A stretch of DNA of 64,000 bases from Acidobacteriaceae bacterium (GTDB taxonomy: Bacteria; Acidobacteriota; Terriglobia; Terriglobales; Acidobacteriaceae), in assembly GCA_003131315.1 (NCBI GenBank), contig PKUV01000160.1, forward strand, positions 59,804-123,803. The letters are read 5' to 3'. Within the stretch, counting starts at the first letter, position 1; each line of letters opens with the position of its first letter. The translations under genes and the position numbers were made by a program. Shown here piece after piece: positions 54,262-63,833 of the stretch. The notes under the pieces were generated by a model. That model was not told the DNA's origin. It made no database searches and was given only the letters and a program-made list of their open reading frames with translations.

Positions 54262-54705
54262 ATGAAGAAACTGATTTCGATGTTTACTGCCCTGATCGTA
54301 TGCGCCTGCGTGGCAGCGGCGCAGGACCAAACGCAGGCCCAGCCCGAGAAAGCCATCAAGCATGTCCCCATTAAGTCCACGTCGCCTGTATCCGGCAAGG
54401 ACATGTACACGGCATACTGTGCCGTTTGCCATGGAACAGACGGCAAAGGCGGAGGTCCTGCAGCCAGCGCGCTGAAGACTCCTCCCACCGACCTTACCCT
54501 GATGAGCAAGAACAACGGAGGGAAATATCCGGCGCTGAAAGTCTCGTCCTCCATCCGCGGCGAAACCGCTCTTCCCGCGCACGGATCCAAGGAGATGCCG
54601 GTGTGGGGAGCGTTGTTTTGGAGCATGAGTAGTGGACATGAGAGCGAGGTGCAGCAACGCGTGGCGAACCTTAGCCACTACATCGAATCTCTGCAAGCGA
54701 AGTAG
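54262..54705 (+). CDS. exported monohaem class I cytochrome c
   Basis: It has a signal peptide, a single CAVCHG haem motif and a distal KEMPVWG Met. AAGGAG lies 7 nt upstream of the ATG at 54262. Confidence 0.8.
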   Translation: MKKLISMFTALIVCACVAAAQDQTQAQPEKAIKHVPIKSTSPVSGKDMYTAYCAVCHGTDGKGGGPAASALKTPPTDLTLMSKNNGGKYPALKVSSSIRGETALPAHGSKEMPVWGALFWSMSSGHESEVQQRVANLSHYIESLQAK

Positions 54706-54782
54706 ACCGTCTGCTGAGCATCTGTGGACCGGCCACAAAACCGGTTGGGGCACAAGCGCCAACTTTTGCCCTTCTATCCTCT

Positions 54783-55033
54783 TTATCGCAGCTGATTGAA
54801 ATCGGCATAGGCATCGGCCTGCAGCGCGCCCCGAAACGTGCGCAGATGTTTCTCGGGATGTTCCCCCTCGCCCCACTTGCGATCGGGCGAGTACGCGAAC
54901 CATACGCCCAGTGTCGCCGTATCGCCGGCCAGGTGATCGTCGCGAACGTATGTCCATAAGCGCCCGGTCTTCGTCTTGCCGTTTCCTGGGCCAGCAACGG
55001 CACCGGCGTGTGATCGGCGTGCAGTAGGAGGGG
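54783..55033 (-). pseudogene. IS66-family transposase internal fragment with a frameshift
   Basis: LLLHADHTPVPLLA, then a frameshift, then PGNGKTKTGRLWTYVRDDHLAGDTATLGVWFAYSPDRKWGEGEHPEKHLRTFRGALQADAYADFNQL. This is a hallmark IS66 block, with only ~80 aa present. Confidence 0.8.
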
Positions 55034-55325
55034 TTACCCAAGCGATGTGTCCTTTTTGTGTCCTTCGCAGTTAGATTCCGTTCGATTTCGCTAGCTTTTC
55101 CAACGCTTTCTGGAAACCGTCCATGCGGGCCTTTTGATCGTTAAGTTATTGTGACGGCTGCAGTTGTCAACGCCGTAGCCACATCGGGAAACATAACTCT
55201 TAATCAGAGGTCGGGGTTCTGGTACACAACACTTACACAACAATAAGGTGACCAACCGTAGCCTTACATGCCTAAAACGCACAGCCAGTGCGCTGCATGT
55301 CCTTGAATTTACGTTCTAACGTTAA

Positions 55326-55348
55326 TTCGAATCCCACTCTCTCCGCCA
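55326..55348 (+). other. tRNA-Ser 3'-end fragment (T-loop, acceptor and CCA); att-site-like scar, not a functional tRNA
   Basis: TTCGAATCCCACTCTCTCCGCCA matches the T-loop, 3' T-stem, acceptor 3' strand, G discriminator and CCA of a Ser-type tRNA. No matching 5' half lies upstream. Confidence 0.65.
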
Positions 55349-55415
55349 GTTCTTTTGTTTTGTTTAACTTGGCCTACTTATGATACCGTAGGTGATACCG
55401 AATGAGGTGGGCCAA

Positions 55416-55565
55416 GTGAACAGGCAAGTCAATCTCACCAAAAGGGTGAAGACCAAAAACGGCCTTCGCTACTGCCCCGTCGTCCTCGCGGCCAATGGCC
55501 GGATCAAGCCAAATTACGTCCTCGTCGATGGAAAACAGCCTTTTCAGTGCTACGATATGCTGTAG
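55416..55565 (+). pseudogene. tyrosine integrase N-terminal remnant (~40 aa of homology)
   Basis: VNRQVNLTKRVKTKNGLRYCPVVLAANGRIKPNYVLVDGK resembles the N-termini of tRNA-targeting site-specific integrases. The reading frame then degenerates and stops. Confidence 0.55.
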
Positions 55566-55791
55566 TCTCAACGACTTAAGCGACTCCAGGTGACCGCCTA
55601 AGTCCTTGAGAAGACGTGAGAGACATGCGAATCGTGGGTTGGAATGATGGGTTCAAAGCCGACTCAGAAAAAAGCCCCAACCCATTTCGCTGTGACGTCC
55701 CAATTGAACTCCTCAGAATTTGCGAGGACGACGGGGACCCTCATGCCGCAAATGCTGGATAGCGACCAGAAGCTCCATCATCGCGGTCTGT

Positions 55792-55980
55792 CTAACGATT
55801 CATCCCAAGCTTACGTAGGAATGTCATCATCGGGCACCAGTTGGTGAATGCCGACTGGAACAGGTTCAGACCCACAAAAGCGGTGAAAAGATACCAGTAC
55901 GGGCTCGCCCAGTGGCCAAGTGCCAGTGAAGCCAGAATGAACGCGCCTGCGATTAGTCTCAAGTAACGCTCGATTGTCAT
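55792..55980 (-). CDS. DUF2892 (YgaP-like) small membrane protein
   Basis: MTIERYLRLIAGAFILASLALG...FVGLNLFQSAFTNWCPMMTFLRKLG. GGAGG lies 7 nt upstream of the ATG. Confidence 0.75.
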   Translation of the reverse strand: MTIERYLRLIAGAFILASLALGHWASPYWYLFTAFVGLNLFQSAFTNWCPMMTFLRKLGMNR

Positions 55981-56003
55981 AGTCGCGCCTCCAAATTGAA
56001 TCT

Positions 56004-59000
56004 TCAATCTGTTGCCGTCGCCAGTTCGCCGTCGGGCGAAGGCTTCGAGCCGCGACCGCGCTGGCTCAGGTAGTACAGGACGGGAACGGCCATTCGGGAC
56101 AGGACGGTGGACGCGACTTCACCCGCCATCAGCGAGATAGCCAGCCCTTGGAAAATCGGATCGAACAGGATCACGCTTGCTCCCACCACTACAGCTGCTG
56201 CGGTCAGCAGCATTGGTCGGAAGCGCACCGCGCCCGCATCCACAACGGCGTCCTCCAATGACATGCCTTGGGAGCGGCGCAGTTCGATGAAATCCACGAG
56301 GATGATGGAATTCCGAACGATGATTCCGGCGCCAGCGATGAATCCGATCATCGACGTAGCTGTGAAAAACGCACCCATCAATGCGTGCGCGGGGAGGATG
56401 CCGACCAACGTGAGCGGAATCGGCGCCATGATGACTAACGGCGTTATGAATGAGCGAAACCAGCCCACGACCAGCACGTAGATCAGCACCAACACAGCAG
56501 CGAACGCCAGCCCCAAATCGCGAAACACTTCCACCGTGATGTACCACTCACCATCCCACTTCATGGATAGACGGTCGGTGCGCTCGGGCATGGTCGTGCC
56601 CTTGTACTGCTTTACTGCGTAGCCATCAGGCAACTTGATCTTGTCGATGGCGTCACTCATCTTCATGATGGCGTAGACGGGGCTCTCTTCCCCGCCTGCC
56701 ACGTCGCCGGTCACGTAGACCACTGGTTGCAGATTCTTGCGATAGACACTGGTATCGATCGTCGTTTCCTGGAGGTTGGTTACTTCTTGCAGGGCTATTT
56801 GGCCACCCGAAGGCGTGGGCAGCCTCAGGTTGCCGAGGTCTTCGATTCCGGAACGATCGGACCGTGCCAACCGAACTTCGATCGGAACGTCCTCGCGCGA
56901 GTTCGGATCGTGCAAAAGCCCGGCGCTTGCACCACTCAGTCCCACTTGCAGCGTGCGCGTGACATCGGCGGGCGAGATTCCGTGGAGTGCTGCCTTATCG
57001 AGATCCACTTTCAGGTCGTACTTGGTCTGCGGATCCTCAACGTACCAGTCCACATCCACCACTCCCGGAGTCTGCTGGAAGATTTTCTTGATCTGCGCCG
57101 CCAATTCGATTTGGCTTTTGTAATCAGGCCCGTAGACTTCCGCGACAAGAGTCTGCAGCACCGGCGGGCCGGGAGGAACTTCCGCGACCTTGATACGTGC
57201 CCCGAAAGGCTCGGCGATCTTGTCTAGCTGCGGACGCAGCCGCCGCGCGATTTCGTGGCTCTGCGCTTTGCGGTCGTGTCGCGACAGCAGGTTTACCTGG
57301 ATGTCGGCCTGATTGGGTTGACGGCGCAAGAAGTAATGCCGCACCAGTCCGTTGAAGTTGTAGGGGCCGGACGTACCGGCGTAAATCTGATAATTCGTGA
57401 CTTCGGGCTGCTGGCCAAGATAACCGCCGAGTGCCTGCGCGACGCGGGTGGTTTGCTCAAGCGGAGTTCCGTCCGGCATGTCAATGATGACCTGAAACTC
57501 GCTCTTGTTGTCGAAGGGTAGCATCTTCACCCGCACCCATTTCAATGGCACGAACGCAACGGCCGCCAGCAGCAGCACCACCACTCCGCCCAAAAACATC
57601 CAGCGGCGACGGGCGTTCAGAATGAGCGGGTTCATCACGCGACGATACAGACGCGTTGTCCAGCTCTCGGCGTCATGTTTGTCGTGGCCGCCCTCAACCG
57701 CATACTTACGCAGCAGTCGCAGAGCTGCCCAGGGGGAAACCACCAAGGCCACCATCAAGGAAAACAGCATGGCTGCCGATGCTCCCACCGGGATCGGGCG
57801 CATGTAGGGGCCCATCAGGCCGCGCACGAAGGCCATGGGCAGGATGGCGCCGATGACGGCGAAGGTCGCAAGAATCGTGGGATTGCCGACCTCATCCACT
57901 GCCTCGACCGCCACGTCCGCGAGAGGACGACCGCGGCTTGCTGGCAATCGGAAATGGCGCACGATGTTCTCGACCACCACAATGGCGTCGTCCACCAGAA
58001 TGCCGATCGAGAAGATCAGCGCAAACAGAGTGACTCGGTTGAGCGTGTAGCCATAGAAATAAAAGACGGCCAAGGTGAGCGCCAGCGTGACGGGTACGGC
58101 CAGCAGCACTACGCCGGATTCGCGCCAACCCAGCGCCAAAGCGATCAATAAGGTGACCGACAGCGTCGCGATCAGCAGGTGTTTCAGCAGTTCATTCGAC
58201 TTGTCTTTCGCGGTCTCGCCATAGTTACGCGTGACGGTGACGTTTAAGTCATTGGGTAGAACATACCCGCGCAGGGAGTTGACCTTTTCCAGAACATGTT
58301 CGGAGATGATTGTGGCGTTGGTGCCTTTGCGCTTGGCAAGCGTGATCGTAACTGCGGGATATTCCGCGCCGGCTGTCTGGCCCGTACCATCGGCTGTACC
58401 GCCGCGGGCGTTGGCAAACATGACATAGGTGTCCGGCTCAGCGGGGCCGTCTTCCAACTTCTCGACCACATCGCGCAAGTAAACCGGGCGTCCCGAGTGG
58501 ACTCCGACTACGACCTGCTGCAGATCTTCCGGACGCGTGAAGAATCTCCCCGCCTCGACCTTGAACTCACGGTTGTCGCGACTGAAGCTACCCACCTCGC
58601 CACGGCTGTTCGCGCTCTGGAGTTGACCCGCGACTGCCGCTGGCGTGAGGCCATATGCGGCCAGCCGCTGTGTATCCAAAACCACTCGTACCTGACGAGG
58701 CTGTCCTCCGATGATCGTGGTTTCAGAAACATCGTCAAGCTGTTTGAGGGAGTTTTCCAGTTCGCCCGCGATGCGCCGCAAGCGGTAAGGGTCATAGTTC
58801 TTGCCCCATAACGTGAGCGCAACGATGGGGACGTCATTGATCGAGCGGATCTTGATAATCGGCTGTGAGACTCCCGGCGGGATGCGGTCGAAGTTGGAGT
58901 AGAGCTTGTTGTACGTCTGTACGATGGCGTCTTCTTCCTTTGAGCCAACGTAGAAGCGCACGATCAGCATGCTCATGCCGGGCTGGCTGATGGAGTAGAT

Positions 59001-59294
59001 ATATTCGACACCCGGAACTTCGCGCAGCAGCTTCTCCATGGGGAGGCTGACCCGTTGCGAAATTTCTTCAGGCGATGCGCCCGGCATCTGCACGAACACG
59101 TCGAGCATGGGGACAACGATCTGCGGTTCTTCCTCCCGCGGAGTCTCAAGGATGCTGAAAGCACCCAAAAGCAATGCGGCTACGATCACCAGCGGAGTCA
59201 GCTTCGAGTCGATGAAGCTGTGGGCGATGCGTCCCGCCAGGCCTAGACTCTGCGCGGGCGGGTTTGACGATTTGAAGTCTTCTTCTGTCATCAC
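56004..59294 (-). CDS. RND efflux transporter permease (AcrB/AcrD/AcrF family)
   Basis: 1,096 aa with the typical N-terminus [25 protein letters not shown] and 12-TM architecture. It has an ATGA overlap with the MFP gene. Confidence 0.9.
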   Translation of the reverse strand: MMTEEDFKSSNPPAQSLGLAGRIAHSFIDSKLTPLVIVAALLLGAFSILETPREEEPQIVVPMLDVFVQMPGASPEEISQRVSLPMEKLLREVPGVEYIYSISQPGMSMLIVRFYVGSKEEDAIVQTYNKLYSNFDRIPPGVSQPIIKIRSINDVPIVALTLWGKNYDPYRLRRIAGELENSLKQLDDVSETTIIGGQPRQVRVVLDTQRLAAYGLTPAAVAGQLQSANSRGEVGSFSRDNREFKVEAGRFFTRPEDLQQVVVGVHSGRPVYLRDVVEKLEDGPAEPDTYVMFANARGGTADGTGQTAGAEYPAVTITLAKRKGTNATIISEHVLEKVNSLRGYVLPNDLNVTVTRNYGETAKDKSNELLKHLLIATLSVTLLIALALGWRESGVVLLAVPVTLALTLAVFYFYGYTLNRVTLFALIFSIGILVDDAIVVVENIVRHFRLPASRGRPLADVAVEAVDEVGNPTILATFAVIGAILPMAFVRGLMGPYMRPIPVGASAAMLFSLMVALVVSPWAALRLLRKYAVEGGHDKHDAESWTTRLYRRVMNPLILNARRRWMFLGGVVVLLLAAVAFVPLKWVRVKMLPFDNKSEFQVIIDMPDGTPLEQTTRVAQALGGYLGQQPEVTNYQIYAGTSGPYNFNGLVRHYFLRRQPNQADIQVNLLSRHDRKAQSHEIARRLRPQLDKIAEPFGARIKVAEVPPGPPVLQTLVAEVYGPDYKSQIELAAQIKKIFQQTPGVVDVDWYVEDPQTKYDLKVDLDKAALHGISPADVTRTLQVGLSGASAGLLHDPNSREDVPIEVRLARSDRSGIEDLGNLRLPTPSGGQIALQEVTNLQETTIDTSVYRKNLQPVVYVTGDVAGGEESPVYAIMKMSDAIDKIKLPDGYAVKQYKGTTMPERTDRLSMKWDGEWYITVEVFRDLGLAFAAVLVLIYVLVVGWFRSFITPLVIMAPIPLTLVGILPAHALMGAFFTATSMIGFIAGAGIIVRNSIILVDFIELRRSQGMSLEDAVVDAGAVRFRPMLLTAAAVVVGASVILFDPIFQGLAISLMAGEVASTVLSRMAVPVLYYLSQRGRGSKPSPDGELATATD

Positions 59295-60409
59295 TGGGCC
59301 TCGATGCGCTTGCCATTCAGGTCGAGGTTGCCGGGGTTCGCCACGAGGCGCTCGCCTTCCTGAAGACCCGCGAGCACTTCCACTTCGGCCCCGGTGGTTT
59401 TTCCCAGCGTGACGTAGCGCAGGCTTGCGACCTTATTCAGGTCCAGGATGTAAACACCCTGCAGTTGGCCCCGCTCCACTACCGCGGTTTGTGGAATCAA
59501 CAATGACGACCGCTTGCCGCGAGAGAATTGTGCTCGACCAAACAGACCCGAACGCAGCCGCGCATCCGCAGGCAGTTCGATCTTCACCAGGAAACTGCGG
59601 CTGCCTGCATCCGCGGCGGGTACGATTTGTACCACTTTTCCTTTCAGCTCCGCGTTTTCCAATGCATCCACTACCACCGGCACCTGCTCTCCCATACGGA
59701 CGTATCGCAGATCGTTTTCGTTGACCGTGGCCTCCAGCCGATAGTGCCCCAAGCCTTCGATTGCGAAGATCGGAACGCCAGGACTGGCCAACGTGCCAGG
59801 ATCGGCTCTCTTCTCGGTGATCATTCCGTCGAATGGCGCCAAAATCCGCGTGTACGAGAACGATGTGTGCGCCTGGGCCAATGCTGCTTTGGCCTGCGCC
59901 TGCCCTGCACGCGTCATATCGCGATGGGCGAGCGCTGCCTGGTAGCGAGCCTTCACTTCATCGAATTCCTGCGGGCTGACCGACTTCTTGTCGTAGAGAT
60001 TCTGGTAACGCTTTAGTGTCGATTCGGCGAGAGCCAGGTCGGAATCCGATGCGGCTACTTCCTGTCCGGCTGCGCTCTCGGCCGCCGTGGCACGATCGAC
60101 GGCAGCCCGAGGCTGGGCATCATCGATTACCGCCAGCACCTGCCCACGCTGCACGCGATCCCCTTCATGTACGCGGAGCTCCACGATGTTCCCCATCATC
60201 TGGCTTGCGAGCTGGCTGGTTTGCGCCGCGCGTACCGTTCCCACCGCTTCCAACAAATCGGGTACGTCGGCCCGCTGTACCGGAAGGACGGAGACATTGC
60301 GCACGGTTTCCGGCGCTGTGGGCGTTTGCTGCCGCTCGTTGGAGCAACCAACGGAGCCGAACGCCACCATCGCACTCAGAAGAAGGAGAGTTGCTGCGGG
60401 GAAGGGCAC
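59291..60409 (-). CDS. RND periplasmic adaptor (membrane-fusion protein, HlyD-like)
   Basis: [54 protein letters not shown]... The start is ambiguous. GTG at 60409 gives a typical 372 aa, while ATG at 60655 (ATGA overlap with the TolC stop) adds 82 atypical residues. Confidence 0.8.
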   Translation of the reverse strand: MPFPAATLLLLSAMVAFGSVGCSNERQQTPTAPETVRNVSVLPVQRADVPDLLEAVGTVRAAQTSQLASQMMGNIVELRVHEGDRVQRGQVLAVIDDAQPRAAVDRATAAESAAGQEVAASDSDLALAESTLKRYQNLYDKKSVSPQEFDEVKARYQAALAHRDMTRAGQAQAKAALAQAHTSFSYTRILAPFDGMITEKRADPGTLASPGVPIFAIEGLGHYRLEATVNENDLRYVRMGEQVPVVVDALENAELKGKVVQIVPAADAGSRSFLVKIELPADARLRSGLFGRAQFSRGKRSSLLIPQTAVVERGQLQGVYILDLNKVASLRYVTLGKTTGAEVEVLAGLQEGERLVANPGNLDLNGKRIEAQ

Positions 60410-60424
60410 GGCTTCAGCCGTGCC
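60405..60424 (-). other. 8-bp stem / 4-nt loop hairpin covering the alternative MFP start codon
   Basis: GGCACGGC-TTCA-GCCGTGCC, read directly. The GTG at 60409-60407 lies in the stem. Confidence 0.5.
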
Positions 60425-60651
60425 GAAAGAGCCAGAAAAGATGCGGGCTTTAGAGACTGTGTCGCGACTTGGTGCCGTCCCTGACGGGACTTCGGTTTGT
60501 TCCACCTTGCATTCCCGGCACTCACGTGCCGGGCTTTCCTCTATCGCCGCTTCGCGGCTGGAGTAACAGTTTGTCCTACTTTGTTGTGGACCTCGGAGTT
60601 GCGACACAGACTCTTTAGCCAATGATGTCGTTTTTCTCAAGTTATGGGTAT

Positions 60652-62028
60652 TCATGGCGTCACCACAGGGGATTGAAGATTCAGAGTTCCGCTGGCCAAC
60701 TCCAGGTTGGCGTAGCTGGCATGAAAGCGATAGACAGCTTCCCAATAATCGGTCTGGCTGCGGCGCGTCGCTTCTTCGGCGCCCAACAGGTCGGTAACGG
60801 TAGTCAGCCCACCGTCGTATCGATTTTGGTTGATGCGGAGACTTTCCTGGGCTTGGGCGATTGCAGCTCGTGCCACCTCTATCTCCTGCCGGGCAGAGTC
60901 CAGGTTGTAATAAGCGCGGCGAACCTCAAGGCGTACTCCGTCACTGGCCGCCTGCTTCATGGCTGACACTCTCTCCTGCAGCGCGCGTTCACGCGAGAGT
61001 CCCGCCCGTTTTGCGCCACCTTGGAAGATGTCAAACTGCACTTCGACTCCGCCCAGCCAGTTGTTGCCGCCGCCACCCGCAACAAACGTTGGGTTGTCCA
61101 TCTCCCAGCCAGCGAAGGCATTCACGCGCGGGCCAAAGGATGACTTCGCAATCGCAACGCTCTGCCGCTGGGCGGCTTCTTCGGATTGAATGCGCTTCAA
61201 GTCCGGTCGATTCGTCAGTGCTTGTTTCTCGACTTCCGCGAGAACGGGGACAGGAAGCCCGCGTTCCGCCAAGGCTTCAGCCGGCTGGAACAAGGAGTCC
61301 ACCGGCACACCCATCGCGGTGCTTAACTGGGCCCGCGCCAGATCCAGATTGTTCCTGGCCCGGATGAGTTCCTGCTTTCGCGCTGCCATGCGCACCTTCC
61401 CGGTTAGCAAGTCGGACTCCACTACCAACCCGCTGTCGAACCTCGCTTGACTACGATCCAGGATGGACTGGGACGTTTTCACCGCCTGCTCGGAGACCTC
61501 CAGTTGCTTGGTCGCCAGCAACACTGCGTAGTAGGAATCCGCAACCCGGAAGACGATCTCCTGCTCGGTGCGCTCCAACTGATGCCCGGCAGCCTCGTTC
61601 ATCTCTTTTGCTCGATTCATGCCGTGCCAACTGGCAAACGAATCAAACAGATTCCAGGTTCCGCCAAAACGCGTGCTGAAGTTTCCGATGGGCGAGGGAG
61701 TGTTCAGCTTAGGCAGCGTGAGATCGGCATTCGTGAAACGTCGCTGTCGCAATTCGCTGCCAAACACGTAAACCGGGTCGTTGCCGCGGGTCGCGGTCTC
61801 GGAGAACGCTAGCCGCGGCATGAGGACGGATCGCGCTGCGCCAATATCCGCGGAGGCTACCTTCGTGTCCGCAAGAGCGGCCTTGCGCAGCGGGTTCTTG
61901 TCCAGCGCGATCTTTACCGCCTGCTGAAGCGTAAGGGGGGAGGGCTCCGTTGCTTGTTGAGCCGGGGCTGCTCTCAAAAGCCACAATACGGCTAGAGCAG
62001 CCAGGACGAACTTGAGGCGAGTTCTCAA
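60652..62028 (-). CDS. TolC-family outer-membrane efflux protein
   Basis: The chosen TTG start at 62028 overlaps the OsmC stop (TTGA) and gives the signal peptide (M)RTRLKFVLAALAVLWLLRAAPA. It has two OEP repeats. Confidence 0.85.
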   Translation of the reverse strand: MRTRLKFVLAALAVLWLLRAAPAQQATEPSPLTLQQAVKIALDKNPLRKAALADTKVASADIGAARSVLMPRLAFSETATRGNDPVYVFGSELRQRRFTNADLTLPKLNTPSPIGNFSTRFGGTWNLFDSFASWHGMNRAKEMNEAAGHQLERTEQEIVFRVADSYYAVLLATKQLEVSEQAVKTSQSILDRSQARFDSGLVVESDLLTGKVRMAARKQELIRARNNLDLARAQLSTAMGVPVDSLFQPAEALAERGLPVPVLAEVEKQALTNRPDLKRIQSEEAAQRQSVAIAKSSFGPRVNAFAGWEMDNPTFVAGGGGNNWLGGVEVQFDIFQGGAKRAGLSRERALQERVSAMKQAASDGVRLEVRRAYYNLDSARQEIEVARAAIAQAQESLRINQNRYDGGLTTVTDLLGAEEATRRSQTDYWEAVYRFHASYANLELASGTLNLQSPVVTP

Positions 62029-62492
62029 CTCTGGACTCCGGCAGCCTGGGTCGGCTTCATCCACTCTGTTTTCTCTTCGACGATCTCGTAGGTTGTGTGC
62101 AAGCTTGCTGTCTTCTGCACCATGGCCCCTATGGAGCAGTACTTTTCTTCGGAGAGACGAATGGCTTCCTCCAGCGCTGCCGTATCAATTTCGTATCCCG
62201 TCACCACATGATGGATTCTGACTGCCGTAAACACCTGCGGCGGACGGTCCGCCTGATCGGCTTCAACCCGAACTTCATATCCGGTGATTTTCTGGTGGTA
62301 CTTCTGGCGCAGAACCGTGATGACATCGAATGCTGTACAGCCGGCCAGTCCTGCGGCAACCAGTTCGATTGGTTTGGGACCCGTGCCGCCAGCGGTATCG
62401 TCCAGCAGCAAATTGTGTCCGCTGCCGGTCTGGGCCACGAACTGCCTCTGCTGTCCAAGTGGTTGAGCCAGCTCAACTTTGGCGCTGATCAT
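62025..62492 (-). CDS. OsmC/Ohr-family protein
   Basis: GTGPKPIELVAAGLAGCTAFDVITVLRQK...EKYCSIGAMV, with two conserved Cys. AGGAGG lies upstream of the ATG at 62492. Confidence 0.8.
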   Translation of the reverse strand: MISAKVELAQPLGQQRQFVAQTGSGHNLLLDDTAGGTGPKPIELVAAGLAGCTAFDVITVLRQKYHQKITGYEVRVEADQADRPPQVFTAVRIHHVVTGYEIDTAALEEAIRLSEEKYCSIGAMVQKTASLHTTYEIVEEKTEWMKPTQAAGVQS

Positions 62493-62690
62493 GATTGCCT
62501 CCTGCGGATTCTTTTTGAGAACCACACGAATAAATGCAGGAACATGGATTTTGTTACAGAGAAAATCGGGTCGCAGTTTTACGGACGCGAAACTTTCGAC
62601 AGGCGTCTGCGTTTAGTTGGGAACCGGCCGAGGCTTGCTTCTTCCTTGCGGGTCAGGCAATCAACCGCTGATAATGCCGAAGGAGCTCAA

Positions 62691-63227
62691 ATGAAACGTC
62701 TATCTCTATCAATGAAACGCGCAATTACGATTGTTCTTGTTGGGACTGCGGCAAGCATGGCAGCATCGGTTTGGGCCGTTCGCGCGAATACACAAACCCG
62801 CTTGGGCGGCGCGACCGGGGCGATGTTTCCCGCCTATCGGGCAACATCTTTATCCAACTCGCAGCCGATCAACCCGGAAGAACTAGTCAAGATCCTTCAG
62901 TCCCCCAAGGGCGAAAAGCCACTCATGATCCAGGTGGGGTCCCACGTTCTTTACGAGCAGGCACATATTCCCAGTTCCGAGTACATCGGCCCTGCTTCCA
63001 GCGAGAGCGGCATACAGCAGCTGCGTAAACGTGTGGAGGCTCTGCCCCGAAGCAAGTTCATCGTTATCTATTGCGGATGTTGCCCGTGGAGCCATTGTCC
63101 GAACGTCAAACCTGCCGACGACGCATTGCACGCGCTGGGTTTTACCAACGTGAAGGTGCTTTATATTCCTGACAATTTCGGCGCGAACTGGGTGGATAAA
63201 GGCTATCCCGTTGCCAAGGGAGAATAG
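62691..63227 (+). CDS. exported rhodanese-like domain protein with a Cys-rich active-site loop
   Basis: It has a signal peptide, then LMIQVGSHVLYEQAHIPSSEYI...FIVIYCGCCPWSHCPNV. AGGAG lies 5 nt upstream. Confidence 0.7.
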   Translation: MKRLSLSMKRAITIVLVGTAASMAASVWAVRANTQTRLGGATGAMFPAYRATSLSNSQPINPEELVKILQSPKGEKPLMIQVGSHVLYEQAHIPSSEYIGPASSESGIQQLRKRVEALPRSKFIVIYCGCCPWSHCPNVKPADDALHALGFTNVKVLYIPDNFGANWVDKGYPVAKGE

Positions 63228-63255
63228 GGCCGACGTGGTTCCTCGATTAAGGACA

Positions 63256-63792
63256 ATGCATTGGGGGAAGAAGCTCCTGATCGGCATCGCGGCGATCGCT
63301 GTGGTAGTGGCACTCTATTTCCTGAACCAGCATCGCGCCGTGCCCGCTGGTGACAGGGTTACAAATATCGCCAAGCATCCTCTCGCTCCGGAATTCTCGC
63401 TTCCCGAATTGACGGGACAAACGCTCGATCTCTCCGCCTACCGGGGCAAAGTAGTTCTCCTCGACTTCTGGGCAACCTGGTGTGACCCGTGCCGGGAGGA
63501 AATTCCGCATTTCGTGGAATTGCAAAACAAATACCGGGATCAGGGCTTGCAGATCATTGGCATTTCCATGGACGACGGACCGGAGCCCGTCCGCGACTTC
63601 TACCAGCGATTCCACATGAGCTATCCGGTTGCCATGGGCAACGCGAAGATTGGCGAGCTATACGGGGGAGTGCTCGGCTTGCCGATCGCTTTTCTGATAG
63701 ACCGCAATGGCCGCATCGAAGCCAAACACATTGGCGCGACCGATATATCGGTTTTTGAGCGGGAGATCAAAGCTCTTCTGCAACCTCAATGA
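63256..63792 (+). CDS. TlpA/ResA-like membrane-anchored thiol:disulfide oxidoreductase
   Basis: It has an N-terminal TM segment, then VVLLDFWATWCDPCREEIPHF (CxxC). Confidence 0.85.
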   Translation: MHWGKKLLIGIAAIAVVVALYFLNQHRAVPAGDRVTNIAKHPLAPEFSLPELTGQTLDLSAYRGKVVLLDFWATWCDPCREEIPHFVELQNKYRDQGLQIIGISMDDGPEPVRDFYQRFHMSYPVAMGNAKIGELYGGVLGLPIAFLIDRNGRIEAKHIGATDISVFEREIKALLQPQ

Positions 63793-63833
63793 ACATCCCG
63801 ATGAGTCTGCAAGAGCGAGACTGAGTTTCGCTC

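Noticed and set aside
54064-55041. A 325-aa minus-strand ORF spanning the cytochrome c gene and the IS66 scar
   Set aside because: Its Arg/Cys/Gly-rich composition is typical of an out-of-frame or antisense reading. It overlaps a well-supported cytochrome c gene on the other strand, and its upstream end is an out-of-frame reading of the IS66 remnant. I recognised no family motifs.
55261-55348. A possible intact tRNA-Ser gene
   Set aside because: Only the last 23 nt (T-loop, 3' T-stem, acceptor 3' strand and CCA) are tRNA-like. The 5' T-stem partner, anticodon arm and the GGAGAG 5' acceptor strand are absent upstream.
62097-62690. The N-terminal 198 codons of the 376-aa plus-strand ORF 62097-63227
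   Set aside because: This part is antisense to the OsmC-like gene and has a junk-like sequence. The real gene starts at 62691, with AGGAG and a signal peptide.
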